Source: Candidatus Multivoradales bacterium (GTDB taxonomy: Bacteria > Acidobacteriota > Thermoanaerobaculia > Multivoradales > JAHEKO01). From it: a DNA stretch of 64,000 bases. Positions 21,300-31,593 of this stretch are shown here, piece after piece. The position numbers were made by a program, and so were the translations under genes. Numbering within the stretch: position 1 is the first letter of the stretch; the number at the start of each line of letters is the position of its first letter. The DNA lies in NCBI GenBank assembly GCA_965224065.1, contig CBDCYF010000005.1, forward strand, positions 2,751,616 to 2,815,615. Direction: 5' to 3'. Under the pieces are notes generated by a model that saw nothing but the letters and a program-made list of their open reading frames with translations, searched no databases and was not told the DNA's origin.

Positions 21300-21338
21300 C
21301 GGGAGATCCTACGCCACGCGGGGGGCGTCCGGTCGGGG

Positions 21339-21380
21339 CGGCGTCCGGCGGCATCCGGCGGCATCCGGCGGCATCCGCTA
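21339..21380. repeat. Short tandem repeat of a 10-nt unit (GGCATCCGGC), about 4 copies.
   Basis: The run ggcgtccggc ggcatccggc ggcatccggc ggcatccgct sits just upstream of the ORF at 21391. Confidence 0.5.
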
Positions 21381-21390
21381 GGCTCGACGA

Positions 21391-21879
21391 GTGACAAACG
21401 GTTCGCAACCGTCGCAGTTGCTCCGTTACCAACTTGTGGTGGGGGCCATGGCCGGAGGTCTGCTGGGCTTTGCTCTGGTGTTGGTCTTTCTAGTGCAGCG
21501 CCAGAGACCGATGGTGAATCCGCAGATGGCCGAGGTGCTGACCCTCGCCGCCGCTGTCCTGTTAGTCGGTGGTTCTCTCGCCGGGCGGATGGTCCGGCGG
21601 TGGTGGGTGAAGCGTCTGAGGAGCCGCGGGTCGGACGGGACACCGGCGGGCGCCGATGAGCTTCTGCCGGCATTCGGCACGGTCACCATCGTGCGGGCCG
21701 CGCTTGCCGAGGCGCCCGGCTTGTTTTTTCTGGTGATCTACATGGCTACCGGGGCGGTCCTTGGACTCGTCGGGGCGGCTTTGGCGCTACTCGCTCTCTT
21801 GGCCGCGTTTCCCACTCGCTTCTCGTTCGAGGCGTTTGCCGAGGCCGTATCGGGGGATGGTGGCTTCCAGCCCCGCTAG
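21391..21879 (+). CDS. Hypothetical integral membrane protein.
   Basis: 162 aa with 3-4 hydrophobic helices. No recognisable family. Confidence 0.4.
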   Translation: MTNGSQPSQLLRYQLVVGAMAGGLLGFALVLVFLVQRQRPMVNPQMAEVLTLAAAVLLVGGSLAGRMVRRWWVKRLRSRGSDGTPAGADELLPAFGTVTIVRAALAEAPGLFFLVIYMATGAVLGLVGAALALLALLAAFPTRFSFEAFAEAVSGDGGFQPR

Positions 21880-24470
21880 CCGGGCGACTCCTCCAACCCT
21901 CCCAACAGGAGTGCGTTGAAGAGCAGTTTGAAGGTGCGTAGCGGCTGCGCCCGGTGCTGGGCGCGGAACCCGATGAGCACGACCCGGCCGTCGCCGACGG
22001 AGTATTCCACTACCGCTGCCTTGCGCTCCAGAAGCTCGGCTCCCTTGAGATAACCGCTCAGGCGAATGTCGTCGCGATGCTCGGGGTAGCGGGCCACAAC
22101 CCGTCTCTCGAAGCGGGCGTCGGGAACGGCGGTGCGAAAGGCCGGTGAGCCGGCGAAGTAGCCGGCTTCCTCGGATCGCAGCCCGAACCCCAGCGGATGC
22201 TGGGTGTCGACCAACAACCGTACGGTGGTTCCCGGAGCCGAAAATTCGCTTGATCGCCTGCCAGCCAGCACGTTTCGCAACGGCAGGTCGAAGAGCTCGA
22301 TGAAGTACTCGGTCGACGAGTCGAGCGCCACCAGGGTGCCGCCCTCAGAGACCCACTTCCTGATCGCCTCGCCGCCTTCGGTGCCGAGGCCCCCCGAGTA
22401 CTCGGGCGGCAGCTTGGAGGTAAAGCGTCGGGCGTCGGCGGACTCCGGCTCGCCCTTCTGGATGATCGACTTGTTGACGTCGGGAAAGAGCAGGACGTCG
22501 ATCCCCCGAAACGCGCCATCCCGAACCTGCTGGTTGGACAGGTTGTCGAACGGGACCTCGTAGCGCTCGAGCAGAAAGCGGGTCCAGCCCTCGTCCATCG
22601 AGGCTCGCCACGGCTTGTAGAGACCGGTGCGCTGAGGCCGCACCTGCCAGCGCTTGCCGCCCGGCTCGGTTTCCAACTCGCGGATCGGAAGATGGAGCTC
22701 GGTCGAGAGCCGGGAAAGCTCGGCTGCGGGGATCCCGGGGGGCAGGTAGACGTCTCCGATCTGGCCGTCCGGCGGGGCTTCTCTAAGCCAGAACACCGGG
22801 TGACCGCGGTCGAGCAAGCGGTGAATCGCGGGATAGACGGTGTCGGCGGCGTGCGAGATCAGGTACCCGCCGGGCGCCGCGCCGACCTCGCCCCCGGGCC
22901 AGCGAACTTCGGAGACCGGGCTCAAGACACCCTCGGATTCGACCAGCGGCTCTCGGCTCTCGTCCAACTCCACCCCCATGGCGAGCGGCAGCGACCAGGA
23001 CGTCACGTCGTAGGGGGGGATGATCGGGCCGTCTTGATGGGGCCGCACCTCGGGGTAGCGCTGGGTGCGCAGCATGGTGAGCAGAAAGGCGCGGTAGGGC
23101 TGGGCGGCGGGGATGACGTAGGTGCCCGCCGGGTAGCGCGTGCGCCCGACTTGGAGATCCTCGTCGGCCACCGATACCCGCACCCCGTGGCGCAGGAGCA
23201 GGTCGACGAGCTTGGCGGCGGCCACCGGGTCGTGCTGGTCGGGCGGGACGATCCAGGCAAAGGGAGGCTCGGCGGCCCCGGCGTCGCTCGCCTCCCGGGC
23301 CATGCGCCCGAAATTGCTCAGGATCTCCCTTCGGTACTGTGAGGCCGACTCGGCCAGCGCCCAGGTGGCGATCAGCTCGTACTCCACGATGTCGCGCAAC
23401 CGCCACCACCCGCCCGGCCAGGGGGAAGGGAAATTGGCGCGGCGCTTGTACTCCGGAAATCCCTTGCGGCCGCCCCGGAGTTCTCCCGGTTCGATATAGA
23501 TCGGCGAGGCGATCCGCACGCTCGCCACCTCGGTCAGTAGACCGGTGACGTTTTTCCACCAGGCGGTGTTGCGGGTGCCGCCCGGCCAGTAGGAGTCATA
23601 GATCATGTTGTGGCCGACACCGGTCTTGCCCGCCTCTTCCAGCCGGTACGACATGTTGGTGCCGATCAGATCCGCCTGGCGAAAGATCAGGGAGTGAACT
23701 TCCGGCGCCAGCGGATCGGTCTGCGGCGGAACAAACATGCGCACGCTCGATGAGCCCATCTGGTGCTCGTCGACAAAGACCTGGGGGAACCACTGGTGGT
23801 AGAGGAGATGGTTGACCACCTGGGTCTCCTTCTGGGTCAGCATGTAGAAGTCGCGGTTGTTGTCGTGGCCGACATAGGTCTGGTAGAGCCACGGCATGGG
23901 GCCGCCCTCGTACTCGGTGCCGACGTGCTGGTCGTACCAGTCGACCACCATCACCTGGCCGTCGGGATTGATCGACGGCATGAGCAGCAGGATCACGTCT
24001 TCCATCCACGCGGTCTTGTGCGGATCCTGGGTGGTTGCGAAGTCGTGGACAAACTCCATGGCCATCTGAGTCGAGCCGACCTCGGTGGAGTGGATGGTGC
24101 AAGTGACCAGCGCGATGACCTTGCCTTCGTCGGCCAGCGCATCGGCCTCGGCCGGATCCAGCCGGTCGGCGTTGGCCAGCCGGCGCGCGATCGAGCGGTA
24201 GCGATCCAGCTCGTTCTGGTTCGACTCGGACGTCAGGATGACCGTCCACATCTCGTTGCCGAGGGTCGAGACGCCGGTCTGCTCGATCGACACCCGTGGC
24301 GAGCTCTCGGCCACCGTGCCGAGATACTCGAGCACCTTGGGATACGTTGCCAGCTTGCGGTCGGCGCCTACGCGATGGCCGAGAAAATCCTCGGGTGTCG
24401 GGATCTCTGCCGCCGACAGGGGAGCCGCGGCAAGCGCGGCGCAAAGCACGGTCAGGAGCTTTCTCGACAT
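21876..24470 (-). CDS. Secreted M14 family zinc carboxypeptidase-like protein with a large C-terminal region.
   Basis: Start re-assigned to ATG 24470 (MSRKLLTVLCAALAAAPLSAAEIP signal peptide). An HxxE zinc motif (CTIHSTEVGS) and later residues are consistent with M14. The 5' extension to 25355 in the track is antisense to real + strand genes and is rejected. Confidence 0.55.
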   Translation of the reverse strand: MSRKLLTVLCAALAAAPLSAAEIPTPEDFLGHRVGADRKLATYPKVLEYLGTVAESSPRVSIEQTGVSTLGNEMWTVILTSESNQNELDRYRSIARRLANADRLDPAEADALADEGKVIALVTCTIHSTEVGSTQMAMEFVHDFATTQDPHKTAWMEDVILLLMPSINPDGQVMVVDWYDQHVGTEYEGGPMPWLYQTYVGHDNNRDFYMLTQKETQVVNHLLYHQWFPQVFVDEHQMGSSSVRMFVPPQTDPLAPEVHSLIFRQADLIGTNMSYRLEEAGKTGVGHNMIYDSYWPGGTRNTAWWKNVTGLLTEVASVRIASPIYIEPGELRGGRKGFPEYKRRANFPSPWPGGWWRLRDIVEYELIATWALAESASQYRREILSNFGRMAREASDAGAAEPPFAWIVPPDQHDPVAAAKLVDLLLRHGVRVSVADEDLQVGRTRYPAGTYVIPAAQPYRAFLLTMLRTQRYPEVRPHQDGPIIPPYDVTSWSLPLAMGVELDESREPLVESEGVLSPVSEVRWPGGEVGAAPGGYLISHAADTVYPAIHRLLDRGHPVFWLREAPPDGQIGDVYLPPGIPAAELSRLSTELHLPIRELETEPGGKRWQVRPQRTGLYKPWRASMDEGWTRFLLERYEVPFDNLSNQQVRDGAFRGIDVLLFPDVNKSIIQKGEPESADARRFTSKLPPEYSGGLGTEGGEAIRKWVSEGGTLVALDSSTEYFIELFDLPLRNVLAGRRSSEFSAPGTTVRLLVDTQHPLGFGLRSEEAGYFAGSPAFRTAVPDARFERRVVARYPEHRDDIRLSGYLKGAELLERKAAVVEYSVGDGRVVLIGFRAQHRAQPLRTFKLLFNALLLGGLEESPG

Positions 24471-24509
24471 CCTCTGGATCCCCCGAGTGGGATGGCGGGC
24501 TAGGCTAAC

Positions 24510-25301
24510 ATGCGCTTTCTCGAACAAATGGCGGGCGTTTTGCAAGTTCGGAGGGCGATGAGAAGCTGGATCAGAGCGTCTGTCCTGGCCGCCCCTCTGG
24601 CGCTGTTTGCTCTGCTGCCGGAGGTCGCCGTCGCCATCGCCATCGCCGATACTGTCGACAGGAGCCGCGAGACCTCGCCCTACGCGGCGTCGCTCACCGA
24701 CGAGGAGGTGCTTCGGTACGGCTGGGGGTTGGGAGGGTTCAAGGGCACCCTGGTACGGCTGATCCTGCCGGGTCGGGGCGATGCGGTTCTGCGTACCGGC
24801 CGCAACGGTACCGGCCATCTGGTGAGCGAGCTCAACATCTCCTCGCCGCGGAGCCGGCACGGTGACTTTCAGCGCTATGGCGCCGAGATCGGCTCGCACG
24901 CCGGCGCTCCCGAGACCCGCAAGGCCTGGACGACCCAGATGTTTCGCGGCAAAAACCGAGAGAAAGAAGCCGACCTTGTCGGCCAGGACGCGGTCGATAT
25001 CGCCTCCTGCATCTGGCGGCTCCGAAGCGATCCTTCTTTTGGCGCGGGAGAAGCGCGTCTGTGGTCGAGCGGCAAGTTCTATCCCATCGAGATCTCGGTT
25101 GCGGGTCGAGGTTGGGGCACGCTCGACGGAGAGCGGGTGGGCACGAAGTCCTTTTTGATTCGTGGCATTCGCCGGCCGGACGAGCGCTTCTGGAAGGGCC
25201 GGGTCGAGCTCGTGCTGGCGGAAGACAAAGACTCGACGCCACTCGAGATCGTGTTGCGCCAGGAAGGCGTCAAGGTGCGGCTGGCGTTGCTTCAGAGGTA
25301 G
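24510..25301 (+). CDS. Secreted hypothetical protein (DUF3108-like?).
   Basis: 263 aa, or shorter if it starts at the internal Met. A signal-like segment ASVLAAPLALFALLP is present. It lies on the + strand between the M14 gene and sodC. Confidence 0.4.
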   Translation: MRFLEQMAGVLQVRRAMRSWIRASVLAAPLALFALLPEVAVAIAIADTVDRSRETSPYAASLTDEEVLRYGWGLGGFKGTLVRLILPGRGDAVLRTGRNGTGHLVSELNISSPRSRHGDFQRYGAEIGSHAGAPETRKAWTTQMFRGKNREKEADLVGQDAVDIASCIWRLRSDPSFGAGEARLWSSGKFYPIEISVAGRGWGTLDGERVGTKSFLIRGIRRPDERFWKGRVELVLAEDKDSTPLEIVLRQEGVKVRLALLQR

Positions 25302-25353
25302 ACTGGGAAACCGGCCCGTTCGACCCAGAGCGGGCGGTTCGGAGGAGGAGAAC

Positions 25354-25974
25354 ATGTCCAGGATCCCCAGTCGTTCGTCCTATCGTTTTGTTTTTGTCTT
25401 GCCCGCAGTCTTGCCCGCGTTACTGTTGGCCTTGATCGTCTCGAGCACGGGCTGCGCCAAGAAGCCGGCACCGCAGGTGGAAGAGGCCGCGCCCGCCGTC
25501 GACCCGGCCCCTTCGGCTCCCGCGGTGACCGCCGAGGCGAGCGCCACGCTGGCTTCCAAAGACGGCTCGATCCACGGCATGGTGAGTTTCACCGAGACCG
25601 CCGATGGCGTCGCGGTCGTGGCGCACGTCGAAGGAGCGCCGCCCGGGGTGCACGGTTTTCACATCCACGAAACCGGCGATTGCAGCGCAGACGATTTCAC
25701 CTCGGCCGGCGGCCATTTCAACCCGGCCGGTGTTCCCCACGGCGGACCCGACGATGTGGAGCGGCACGGTGGTGACCTCGGAAACATCGAAGTCGCGGAA
25801 GGGGGCCATGGGCACCTGGAGATTTCCTCCGACATCATCACGCTGGGCGAGGGCGCCAACTCGGTGATCGGGCGCGGTGTGATCTTGCACGCCGACGCCG
25901 ACGACTTGGTCTCACAGCCCACCGGGGCGGCCGGAGCGAGGTTGGCCTGCGGCGTGATCCACGCCGGAAGTTGA
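25354..25974 (+). CDS. sodC: Cu/Zn superoxide dismutase (lipoprotein-type signal peptide).
   Basis: A GGAGGAGGAG RBS precedes ATG 25354. Carries HGFHIHETGDC, GGHFNP and DLGN with a conserved C-terminus. The lipobox is VSSTGC. Confidence 0.85.
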   Translation: MSRIPSRSSYRFVFVLPAVLPALLLALIVSSTGCAKKPAPQVEEAAPAVDPAPSAPAVTAEASATLASKDGSIHGMVSFTETADGVAVVAHVEGAPPGVHGFHIHETGDCSADDFTSAGGHFNPAGVPHGGPDDVERHGGDLGNIEVAEGGHGHLEISSDIITLGEGANSVIGRGVILHADADDLVSQPTGAAGARLACGVIHAGS

Positions 25975-27185
25975 CCCGGCGGCACGCCGCCGCGCTGGCG
26001 CTGGCACTTGTTGCTGCCGGAGCGTGCGGACCGAGCCACGAACCGGTGGCGAGAGAGGCCACGCCGGCCGAGGCCGGCGGACCGGCTCTCGATCCGCCCG
26101 CCGCGCCCGGCGCGATCGGGCCGAATCTGGCGGTCGCGGAAGGCGATCTGGTCGCCACCTGGATCGAAACGGTAGCCGGCGAGAGGCACCGTCTGCGCTT
26201 CTCGCGTCTTCGCGATAACGAATGGAGCACCCCGGCGACGGTCTCCGAAGGCGACGACTTCTTCGTCAACTGGGCCGACTTCCCCGAGGTGGTGGAGATG
26301 GGGGATGGCGCGCTCCTGGCTCACTGGCTGGCCAAGACGGCGCCGGACACCTATGCCTATTCGATCTTTCTGGCGCGCTCGGATGACGGCGGCGAGAGTT
26401 GGGGGGCCTTGGGAAAGCTCAACGACGACAACACACCGACCGAGCACGGGTTTGTCTCCTTTGTCTCGGAGCCGGCGGGGGCGCGGGCCTTCTGGCTCGA
26501 CGGCCGCGCGATGGCCGAGGGGGGTCCGATGAGCTTGCGCACCGCCCGGATCGGTCGCGAGGTGGGTCCGGCGGAGGTGCTCGACCCACGGATCTGCGAG
26601 TGTTGCTCGACCGACGCCGCAGTGACCTTGAGCGGACCGGTGGTCGTCTATCGGGACCGGAGCGAACAGGAAGTGCGCGACATCTCGCGAGTTCGGCTTG
26701 ATGGGGACACCTGGACGGCGCCGCGCGCCGTCTCGGCCGATGGCTGGCGGATCGAGGGCTGTCCGGTCAACGGACCGGAGGTCGTGGCGGCCGGTGATCT
26801 CGTGGCCACTGCGTGGTTTACGGCCGCCGGCGAGGCGCCGTCGGTTCGTCTAGCGTTCTCGCCCGATGGAGCCGGCACCTTCGCCCCCCCGATCACGGTG
26901 GATGCCGAGCGCCCGATGGGCCGTGTCGACGTCGCTCTTGGCGATCGGGATTCGGTGTGGGTGAGTTGGCTCGGCGCCCAGGGCGAGGGGGGTGGCGCGC
27001 TGGTGCGGCTTCGGGAGTTCGGCCCCGAGGGCCCGCGGGGCGAGGCGCTGACCGTGGGAGCGACCGCGGCGGGACGCTCGTCGGGAGTTCCACGGCTGGT
27101 TCGGCTCGGCCGGCGGCTCTACCTGGCGTATGTCGAGGTGGGCGACGGGCCGTCGCGAGTTCGCCTGCGCTCGTTCGGTCTCTGA
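25971..27185 (+). CDS. Secreted BNR/Asp-box repeat protein (sialidase-like beta-propeller).
   Basis: Signal peptide with lipobox MTRRHAAALALALVAAGACG. Asp-box SDDGGESW. 404 aa. Shares an ATGA overlap with the sodC stop. Confidence 0.5.
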   Translation: MTRRHAAALALALVAAGACGPSHEPVAREATPAEAGGPALDPPAAPGAIGPNLAVAEGDLVATWIETVAGERHRLRFSRLRDNEWSTPATVSEGDDFFVNWADFPEVVEMGDGALLAHWLAKTAPDTYAYSIFLARSDDGGESWGALGKLNDDNTPTEHGFVSFVSEPAGARAFWLDGRAMAEGGPMSLRTARIGREVGPAEVLDPRICECCSTDAAVTLSGPVVVYRDRSEQEVRDISRVRLDGDTWTAPRAVSADGWRIEGCPVNGPEVVAAGDLVATAWFTAAGEAPSVRLAFSPDGAGTFAPPITVDAERPMGRVDVALGDRDSVWVSWLGAQGEGGGALVRLREFGPEGPRGEALTVGATAAGRSSGVPRLVRLGRRLYLAYVEVGDGPSRVRLRSFGL

Positions 27186-27298
27186 CCCGCCGCCTCGGTG
27201 CCAGCCATCCATCGGGCCTGCTAGGATGAGGTTGAGCAGATAAAAAGAACGGACATTCGGTTATTTATCAGTCCGGGAGGCAGACGAGGTGAGGCGGA

Positions 27299-29950
27299 AT
27301 GAGCAGCGACAGTGATCCGCGGCGCGACATCGACCCCGTAGAGACCCGGGAGTGGAAGGACGCCCTGGGCGCCGTGATCGAGCGGGACGGTCCCGAACGG
27401 GCGCACTTCCTGATCGAGTCCCTGGTCGACAAGGCGCGCCGCTCGGGCGCGTATCTTCCCTACAACGCCACGACGGCGTACGCCAACACCATCCCTCCGC
27501 ATCTGGAGAAAAAGCGCCGCGGAGATCCGGCGCTCGAGCGCAGGATCAAGTCGATCATCCGCTGGAACGCCATGGCGATGGTGGTCCGGGCGAACAAGAA
27601 GGGCACCGCCCTGGGCGGGCACATCGCGTCGTACCAGTCGGTAGCCAATCTTTTCGAGATCGGTTTCAACCACTTCTTCCACGCTCCGAGCGACGACCAC
27701 GGGGGCGACTTGGTCATGTTCCAGGGGCACAGCTCGCCGGGGATCTATGCTCGCGCTTATCTCGAGGGTCGTATCAGCGAGCAACAGCTCCGGAACTTTC
27801 GGGAGGAAGTCGACGGCGAGGGTCTGTCGTCGTACCCCCACCCGTGGTTGATGCCGGGGTTCTGGCAGTTCCCGACGGTGTCGATGGGGCTTTCCTCGAT
27901 CACCGCGATCTACCAGGCGAGGTTTATGAAGTACCTCCACAACCGCGGCATTCTCGATACGTCGCGCCGCAAGGTCTGGGCCTTTCTGGGCGACGGTGAG
28001 ATGGACGAACCGGAGTCGCTCGGGGCGATCTCGCTCGGCTCGCGCGAGAAGCTGGACAACCTGATCTTTGTCATCAACTGCAACCTGCAACGGCTCGACG
28101 GACCGGTGCGTGGCAACGGCAAGATCATCCAGGAGCTCGAGGCGGTGTTCCGCGGCGCCGGCTGGAACGTCCTCAAGGTGGTCTGGGGGTCGAACTGGGA
28201 TCCGCTACTGGCGAGGGACATCAACGGCGTCCTCCGTCAGCGGATGGAGGAAGTCGTCGACGGCGAGTACCAGGCCTATGTGTCGGGCGACGGCGCGCTG
28301 GTGCGGGACCATTTCTTTGGCGAGTACCCGGAGCTCGCCGAGATGGTGGCCGACATGTCGGACGAGGATCTGTGGCGGCTGAAGAGAGGCGGTCACGATC
28401 CGGCCAAGGTGTATGCCGCCTACGCCGCGGCGGTCGAGCACACCGGCCGGCCGACCGTCATCCTGGCGAAGACGGTCAAGGGCTATGGCATGGGCGAGGC
28501 CGGTGAAGGCCAGAACATCACCCACCAGCAGAAAAAGCTCGGCGACGAGGCGCTGCGTCAATTTCGGGACCGGTTCAACATTCCGATCACCGATGAGCAG
28601 ATCGACGATCTGCCCTTCTACCGCCCCGAGGACGACTCGGCCACGATGCGCTATCTCCGGGAGCGCCGCGAAGCGCTGGGTGGTTATCTGCCGGTGCGCG
28701 CCCCCCGGGCCGAGACGCTCGAAGTGCCGGATCTCTCGGCGTTCAGCGCCTTGCTCGAAGGCTCGGGGGAGCGCGAGCTTTCCACCACCATGGTCTTTGT
28801 GCGCATCCTGATGACGCTCGCCCGCAACAAGGCGATCAAGGACCGCATCGTTCCGATCGTCGCCGACGAGGCCCGCACCTTTGGCATGGAGGGGATGTTT
28901 CGCCAGATCGGGATCTACTCTCCGGCGGGTCAGCTCTACACCCCCGAAGACGCGGACCAGCTCGCCTACTACCGCGAGGAGACCCACGGCCAGATTCTGC
29001 AGGAGGGGATCTCCGAAGCGGGGGCGCTGTCTTCGTGGTTGGCTGCCGGTACGGCCTACGCCAACCACGGGCTCCACATGATCCCGTTCTTTATCTTCTA
29101 TTCGATGTTCGGTTTTCAGCGGGTCGGAGATCTGATCTGGCAGGCAGGCGACATGCGGGCGCGGGGCTTCTTGATGGGCGCCACCTCCGGGCGGACGACC
29201 CTCAACGGCGAGGGACTCCAGCACCAGGACGGCCACAGCCACCTGCTCTCCTCGGCGCTCCCCAACTGTGTCTCCTACGACCCGGCGTTCAGCTACGAGC
29301 TGGCGGTCATCGTCCAGGACGGTCTGCGCCGCATGTATGCCGAGAACGAAGACGTCTTCTACTACATCACCGTTCACAACGAGAACTACCCGCAGCCTTC
29401 GATGCCGGCCGGAGCGGAGGACGGCATCCGCAAGGGCATGTACTTACTGAGCGAGGGCACAGCGGGCGAAGGCGGCCACGTCCAGTTGCTGGGCAGCGGG
29501 TCGATCTTGCGCGAGGTGATCGCAGCGTCCGATCTGCTGCAAAAGGACTTCGGGATCACGGCCGATATCTGGAGCGTGCCGAGTTTTACCGAGCTGCGGC
29601 GCGACGGTCAGTCGGTCGAGCGCTGGAACCGGCTCCATCCGGGCGGCGAGTCGCGGGTCTCGTATGTCGAGCAATGCCTCGGCCCACGAAACGGACCGGT
29701 GGTCGCCGCCAGCGACTGGGTGCGGGCGGTGCCCGATCAGATCCGGTCATTGATCGGCCGGCGCTACCGGGTGCTCGGTACCGATGGTTTTGGCCGCAGC
29801 GACAGCCGGCAGCAGTTGCGCTCGTTCTTCGAGGTCGATCGCCGCCACGTCGTGGTGGCGGCCCTCGACGCCCTCGGCGACGATCGCGTCGCGGAGGCGA
29901 TCGCCAGATACAAAATCGACACCGAAGGACCGGACCCCTGGACGGTTTGA
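27299..29950 (+). CDS. aceE: Pyruvate dehydrogenase E1 component, homodimeric type.
   Basis: 883 aa, with a typical homodimeric E1 N-terminus (DPVETREWKDALG) and ThDP-binding region. Confidence 0.9.
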   Translation: MSSDSDPRRDIDPVETREWKDALGAVIERDGPERAHFLIESLVDKARRSGAYLPYNATTAYANTIPPHLEKKRRGDPALERRIKSIIRWNAMAMVVRANKKGTALGGHIASYQSVANLFEIGFNHFFHAPSDDHGGDLVMFQGHSSPGIYARAYLEGRISEQQLRNFREEVDGEGLSSYPHPWLMPGFWQFPTVSMGLSSITAIYQARFMKYLHNRGILDTSRRKVWAFLGDGEMDEPESLGAISLGSREKLDNLIFVINCNLQRLDGPVRGNGKIIQELEAVFRGAGWNVLKVVWGSNWDPLLARDINGVLRQRMEEVVDGEYQAYVSGDGALVRDHFFGEYPELAEMVADMSDEDLWRLKRGGHDPAKVYAAYAAAVEHTGRPTVILAKTVKGYGMGEAGEGQNITHQQKKLGDEALRQFRDRFNIPITDEQIDDLPFYRPEDDSATMRYLRERREALGGYLPVRAPRAETLEVPDLSAFSALLEGSGERELSTTMVFVRILMTLARNKAIKDRIVPIVADEARTFGMEGMFRQIGIYSPAGQLYTPEDADQLAYYREETHGQILQEGISEAGALSSWLAAGTAYANHGLHMIPFFIFYSMFGFQRVGDLIWQAGDMRARGFLMGATSGRTTLNGEGLQHQDGHSHLLSSALPNCVSYDPAFSYELAVIVQDGLRRMYAENEDVFYYITVHNENYPQPSMPAGAEDGIRKGMYLLSEGTAGEGGHVQLLGSGSILREVIAASDLLQKDFGITADIWSVPSFTELRRDGQSVERWNRLHPGGESRVSYVEQCLGPRNGPVVAASDWVRAVPDQIRSLIGRRYRVLGTDGFGRSDSRQQLRSFFEVDRRHVVVAALDALGDDRVAEAIARYKIDTEGPDPWTV

Positions 29951-29965
29951 GGCCGGGGAAGAAAA

Positions 29966-31360
29966 ATGGCTGAGCCCCAACCGATCCTGGTTCCCGACAT
30001 CGGCGATCTCGACAAGGTCGACGTCGTCGAGGTGCTCGTGGCCGCCGGCGATACCGTGGCCCCGGACGACTCGTTGATCACCTTGGAGAGCGACAAGGCG
30101 ACAATGGATGTTCCGTCGACCCATGGGGGCGTGGTCCGCGAGGTCAAGGTCAAGGCCGGCGATGCGGTGAGCGAAGGCGATCTGATCCTGACGCTCGAGG
30201 TGGAGGACGCCTCGGGCGATGCCGAACCGGCCGATGCCTCTGTCGACACCAAACGGCCGCCACGGGGGGCGGCCGCTTCAGTCCCGCCCGACGAAAGCTC
30301 CCCGGCCGAAGCGGCCGGTGCCCCTGCCGGCCGTCCCGGCCCCTCCGATACACCCCCAACTGAAGCGGCCGGCGTCCCTGCCGGCCGTCTCGGCCCGCCC
30401 GACACACCCCCGACTGAAGCGGCCGGCGCCTCTGCCGGCCGCCCGGAGCCGCCCGCCGATCTCTCCAACGTCTACGCCAGCCCGTCGGTCCGCCGGTTGG
30501 CGCGAGAGCTAGGGGTCGATCTGCGCCAGGTCCGCGGTAGCGGCCGCAAGGGTCGGGTACTCGCCGGCGACGTCCAGGCCTGGGTCAACAAGACGCTGTC
30601 CGAGCCCGCCGCGCGGGGCGCCTTTGCGCTTCCCGATCTGCCGCCGGTGGACTTTTCCCGGTTTGGCGAGATCGAGCGTCAGGTGTTGTCGAGGGTGCAG
30701 AAGATCTCCGGGCCCAATCTCCAGCGGAGCTGGCTCCACGCTCCCCACGTCACGCAGCACGACGAGGCGGACGTCACCGAGTTGGAGGCCTTCCGGCAAG
30801 CGCACAAAGCGCGAGCCAAGGAGGAAGGGTTCAGCCTGACCCCGCTGGCGTTTGTGATGAAGGCGGTGGTGGCGGCGCTCAGGGAGTTTCCGCGTCTCAA
30901 CGCCTCACTCGATCCGGACGGCGAGCATGTAGTGCTCAAGAAGTACTACCACCTGGGGATCGCCGTGGACACCGAGGACGGTCTGATCGTCCCGGTGCTG
31001 CGGGACGTGGACAAAAAGGGGGTCTTCGAGCTGGCCCGTGAGCTGGGCGAGGTCAGCGCGCAGGCGCGGGCGCGCAAGCTGCGCCCCGACCAACTGCGCG
31101 GGGCTAGCTTCACCATCTCGAGCCTGGGCGGGATCGGCGGGACTTTTTTCACCCCGATCATCAACGTGCCCGAAGTGGCGATTCTCGGCGTCTCGCGCTC
31201 GCGGAACCAACCGGTGTGGATGGACGGCGAGTTTGTGCCGCGTCTCATCCTTCCCCTGTCGCTTTCCTACGACCATCGCGCGATCGACGGCGCCATGGCG
31301 GTGCGTTTCACGACGTATCTGAGCGAAGTCCTTTCCGACATCCGGAGACTGGTGCTGTGA
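29966..31360 (+). CDS. aceF: Dihydrolipoamide acetyltransferase E2 (single lipoyl domain), with a repeat-derived linker.
   Basis: Lipoyl motif ESDKATMDVPS, a peripheral subunit-binding domain (SPSVRRLARELGVDL) and the catalytic DHRAIDG. The linker contains 3 tandem 57-nt repeats. Confidence 0.85.
   Translation: MAEPQPILVPDIGDLDKVDVVEVLVAAGDTVAPDDSLITLESDKATMDVPSTHGGVVREVKVKAGDAVSEGDLILTLEVEDASGDAEPADASVDTKRPPRGAAASVPPDESSPAEAAGAPAGRPGPSDTPPTEAAGVPAGRLGPPDTPPTEAAGASAGRPEPPADLSNVYASPSVRRLARELGVDLRQVRGSGRKGRVLAGDVQAWVNKTLSEPAARGAFALPDLPPVDFSRFGEIERQVLSRVQKISGPNLQRSWLHAPHVTQHDEADVTELEAFRQAHKARAKEEGFSLTPLAFVMKAVVAALREFPRLNASLDPDGEHVVLKKYYHLGIAVDTEDGLIVPVLRDVDKKGVFELARELGEVSAQARARKLRPDQLRGASFTISSLGGIGGTFFTPIINVPEVAILGVSRSRNQPVWMDGEFVPRLILPLSLSYDHRAIDGAMAVRFTTYLSEVLSDIRRLVL
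30307..30460 (+). repeat. Three in-frame tandem copies (period about 57 nt, or 19 aa) of a GC-rich hairpin repeat unit, inside the aceF linker.
   Basis: The unit gaagcggccggcgcccctgccggccg... is repeated 3 times. It carries the type B hairpin core GGCCGGC-N-GCCGGCC also found in intergenic copies at 31367, 31565 and 45761. It is translated as PTEAAGxPAGRxGPxDTP. Confidence 0.7.
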
Positions 31361-31593
31361 GAACGCCTGAAGCGGCCGGCGCCCCTGCCGGCCAATCTCG
31401 GGCGGGGGCAAGCCCCGCCCCTACCTCCGGACAGTTTCCCCTTGAAGCGCCCGGCGCCCCTTCGGGCGGTTGGGCCGTTGTCCCAGCGGGCCTGCGGACC
31501 GTCGCCTCCTCCGGCCAATCTCGGGCGGGGGCTAGCCCCGCCCCTACCTTCGGACGGTTTCCCCCTGAAGCGGCCGGCGCCTCTGCCGGCCGT
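31361..31593. repeat. Composite REP-like repeat cluster in the aceF-lpdA intergenic space (type B hairpin, type A hairpin, then type A and type B again).
   Basis: Type B ctgaagcggccggcgcccctgccggcc at 31367-31393 and 31565-31591. Type A gggcgggggcaagccccgccc (8-bp stem GGGCGGGG/CCCCGCCC) at 31400-31420 and 31524-31544. The flanks of each copy are near-identical. Confidence 0.7.

Noticed and set aside
24471-25355. 5' extension of the 1159-aa minus-strand ORF beyond Met-296.
   Set aside because: The extension is antisense to the + strand genes 24510..25301 and sodC (25354..). It lacks a signal peptide, whereas the internal start MSRKLL gives a clean signal peptide with an adjacent RBS-like AGAGG.
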